Assembly: GCA_963796135.1 (NCBI GenBank)
Contig: CAWCKK010000011.1
Span: forward strand, 72,140 to 136,139
Source: an uncultured Acidobacteriota bacterium
Lineage (GTDB): Bacteria > Chlamydiota > Chlamydiia > Chlamydiales > Rhabdochlamydiaceae
DNA length: 64,000 nt
Direction: 5' to 3'
This document shows positions 62,896-64,000 of the stretch, one piece after another. A program made the position numbers and the translations under genes. The notes beneath the pieces were generated by a model. The model saw nothing but the letters and a program-made list of their open reading frames with translations, had not been told where the DNA came from and did no database searches. The first letter of the stretch is position 1, and each line of letters opens with the position of its first letter.

Positions 62896-64000
62896 GTTGA
62901 GTATAGAGGCTTAAGTAGCGCTCTGCTGCACGTTTCCAACTGTGGTTTTGCCTTATCCCTTGAAGCATCAGAGATTGCCATCCTTGAGGCTGTCTCTGAT
63001 AGCATTCCAGCGCCCGGCAAAGCGCGTCTTCGACCTCTTGCTGGGTTGGACCCTGGAAAGTAAAGCCGTTGCGCTCCTCTAGAGGTTTTGAAGAGGTTTC
63101 GATGTCAAAGACCGTATCGGCAAGACCTCCTGTTGCGCGGGCAATCGGAAGGGTAGCGTACCTTAAAGCGATCATTTGCGTTAAACCGCAAGGCTCAAAG
63201 AGCGAGGGAATGACGAGCATATCGGCGCCTGCATAGATTTGGTGCGCAAGTCTCTCATTTTGATCTAAAAGTACTACGGCATTGCCGCTGGTCTTGACCT
63301 CCTCCCTTAGAGTTTCAAATTCTTCTTGAGTTGATGGGGAGGCGCAGGATCCAAGGAGGATAAACTGCCCCCCTTTTTTTAAAGTCAGCTGCAGAGCGCA
63401 CTTGATGAGCTCAGGGCTTTTTTGGGGGACAAGGCGAGTGATTGCTGCGACAAGGGGAGCATCTGACTCTTTTAAGCCTAACTGTTGGCGCAGTTGCTGT
63501 TTGTTTGCCTTTTTTCCGGCCAAAACAGCATTGAGGACAGAGACAGGGTTTTTTAGATCCACCCCGTGCGTCGGGTATTTCTGAATGAGGCAAGGGTCTT
63601 TTTCAGGATCCCAGTAATCTTCGTCAATCCCATTGAGAATTCCCTTTAGTTTTTTTCTTGCTTTGGCAATCGTCTTCTCCAAACCCCGTCCTCCCTCGGA
63701 GGTTTGTATCTGTTTTTCATAGGAGGGGGAGACTGTTGTGATTCTATCCGCATAGACAATGCCTCCTTTGAGGAGGTTGATTTCCTCTTTTTTAACGGGA
63801 TCTTGCATTTTGTCGGGAGCAAGATATTTTTCTCCTTTTAACCCTATCTGGCAAAGGTTGAATGTGCGGCACTTTCCCTGATGCTCGACGTTATGCAGGG
63901 TGAGCACGGTTCCACCAATGCGGTAATGGTCCCAATACAGATCCCGATAAATCACTGCGACAGTCGCTGTTGGCCAGTCGTGGAGGTGGATGACATCGGG
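62867..64000 (-). CDS. glgA: Glycogen synthase (GT5), 5' end outside the window
   Basis: PDVIHLHDW, TLHNVEHQG, GILNGID, PSLFEPCGLTQM and TGGLADTV motifs. Confidence 0.93.
   Translation of the reverse strand, partial: PDVIHLHDWPTATVAVIYRDLYWDHYRIGGTVLTLHNVEHQGKCRTFNLCQIGLKGEKYLAPDKMQDPVKKEEINLLKGGIVYADRITTVSPSYEKQIQTSEGGRGLEKTIAKARKKLKGILNGIDEDYWDPEKDPCLIQKYPTHGVDLKNPVSVLNAVLAGKKANKQQLRQQLGLKESDAPLVAAITRLVPQKSPELIKCALQLTLKKGGQFILLGSCASPSTQEEFETLREEVKTSGNAVVLLDQNERLAHQIYAGADMLVIPSLFEPCGLTQMIALRYATLPIARATGGLADTVFDIETSSKPLEERNGFTFQGPTQQEVEDALCRALECYQRQPQGWQSLMLQGIRQNHSWKRAAERYLSLYTQLNANSPRPF

Overview
The window comes from a bacterium of the phylum Chlamydiota, most likely an environmental lineage. 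The evidence is chlamydia-type gene content and order: hemY-hemE/tkt-alaS-mfd; CT296-like-rnc-radA-hemC; sod-accD-dut-ptsN-ptsN; mnmA...clpC-lplA-CT283-like-gcvH; a CT275-type dnaA; and pgsA-glgA. Many genes are split by single-base indels, often in homopolymers, including essential ones (clpC, dnaA, hemE), so the frameshifts are read as probable assembly or long-read errors. Accessory content sits between the conserved blocks. (1) A two-module NRPS (truncated C-A-T-C-A-T-reductase) with a divergent MFS exporter and an EmrAB/outer-membrane-factor efflux operon. (2) Four MOMP-like beta-barrel outer-membrane proteins, three in tandem. (3) A glycogen-branching-enzyme-like protein with a long N-terminal extension that shares a helical motif with the convergent neighbouring hypothetical protein. 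(4) Two AT-rich F-box genes. A dispersed family of ~78-nt degenerate palindromes (CTGGAC..GCCATTG..CCTCTAGAGG..CAATGGC..GTCCAG) recurs about ten times in intergenic spaces. Copies bracket the F-box/LRR gene, and one copy hosts a nested perfect 35-bp inverted repeat. No tRNA, rRNA, CRISPR array or transposase was recognised.
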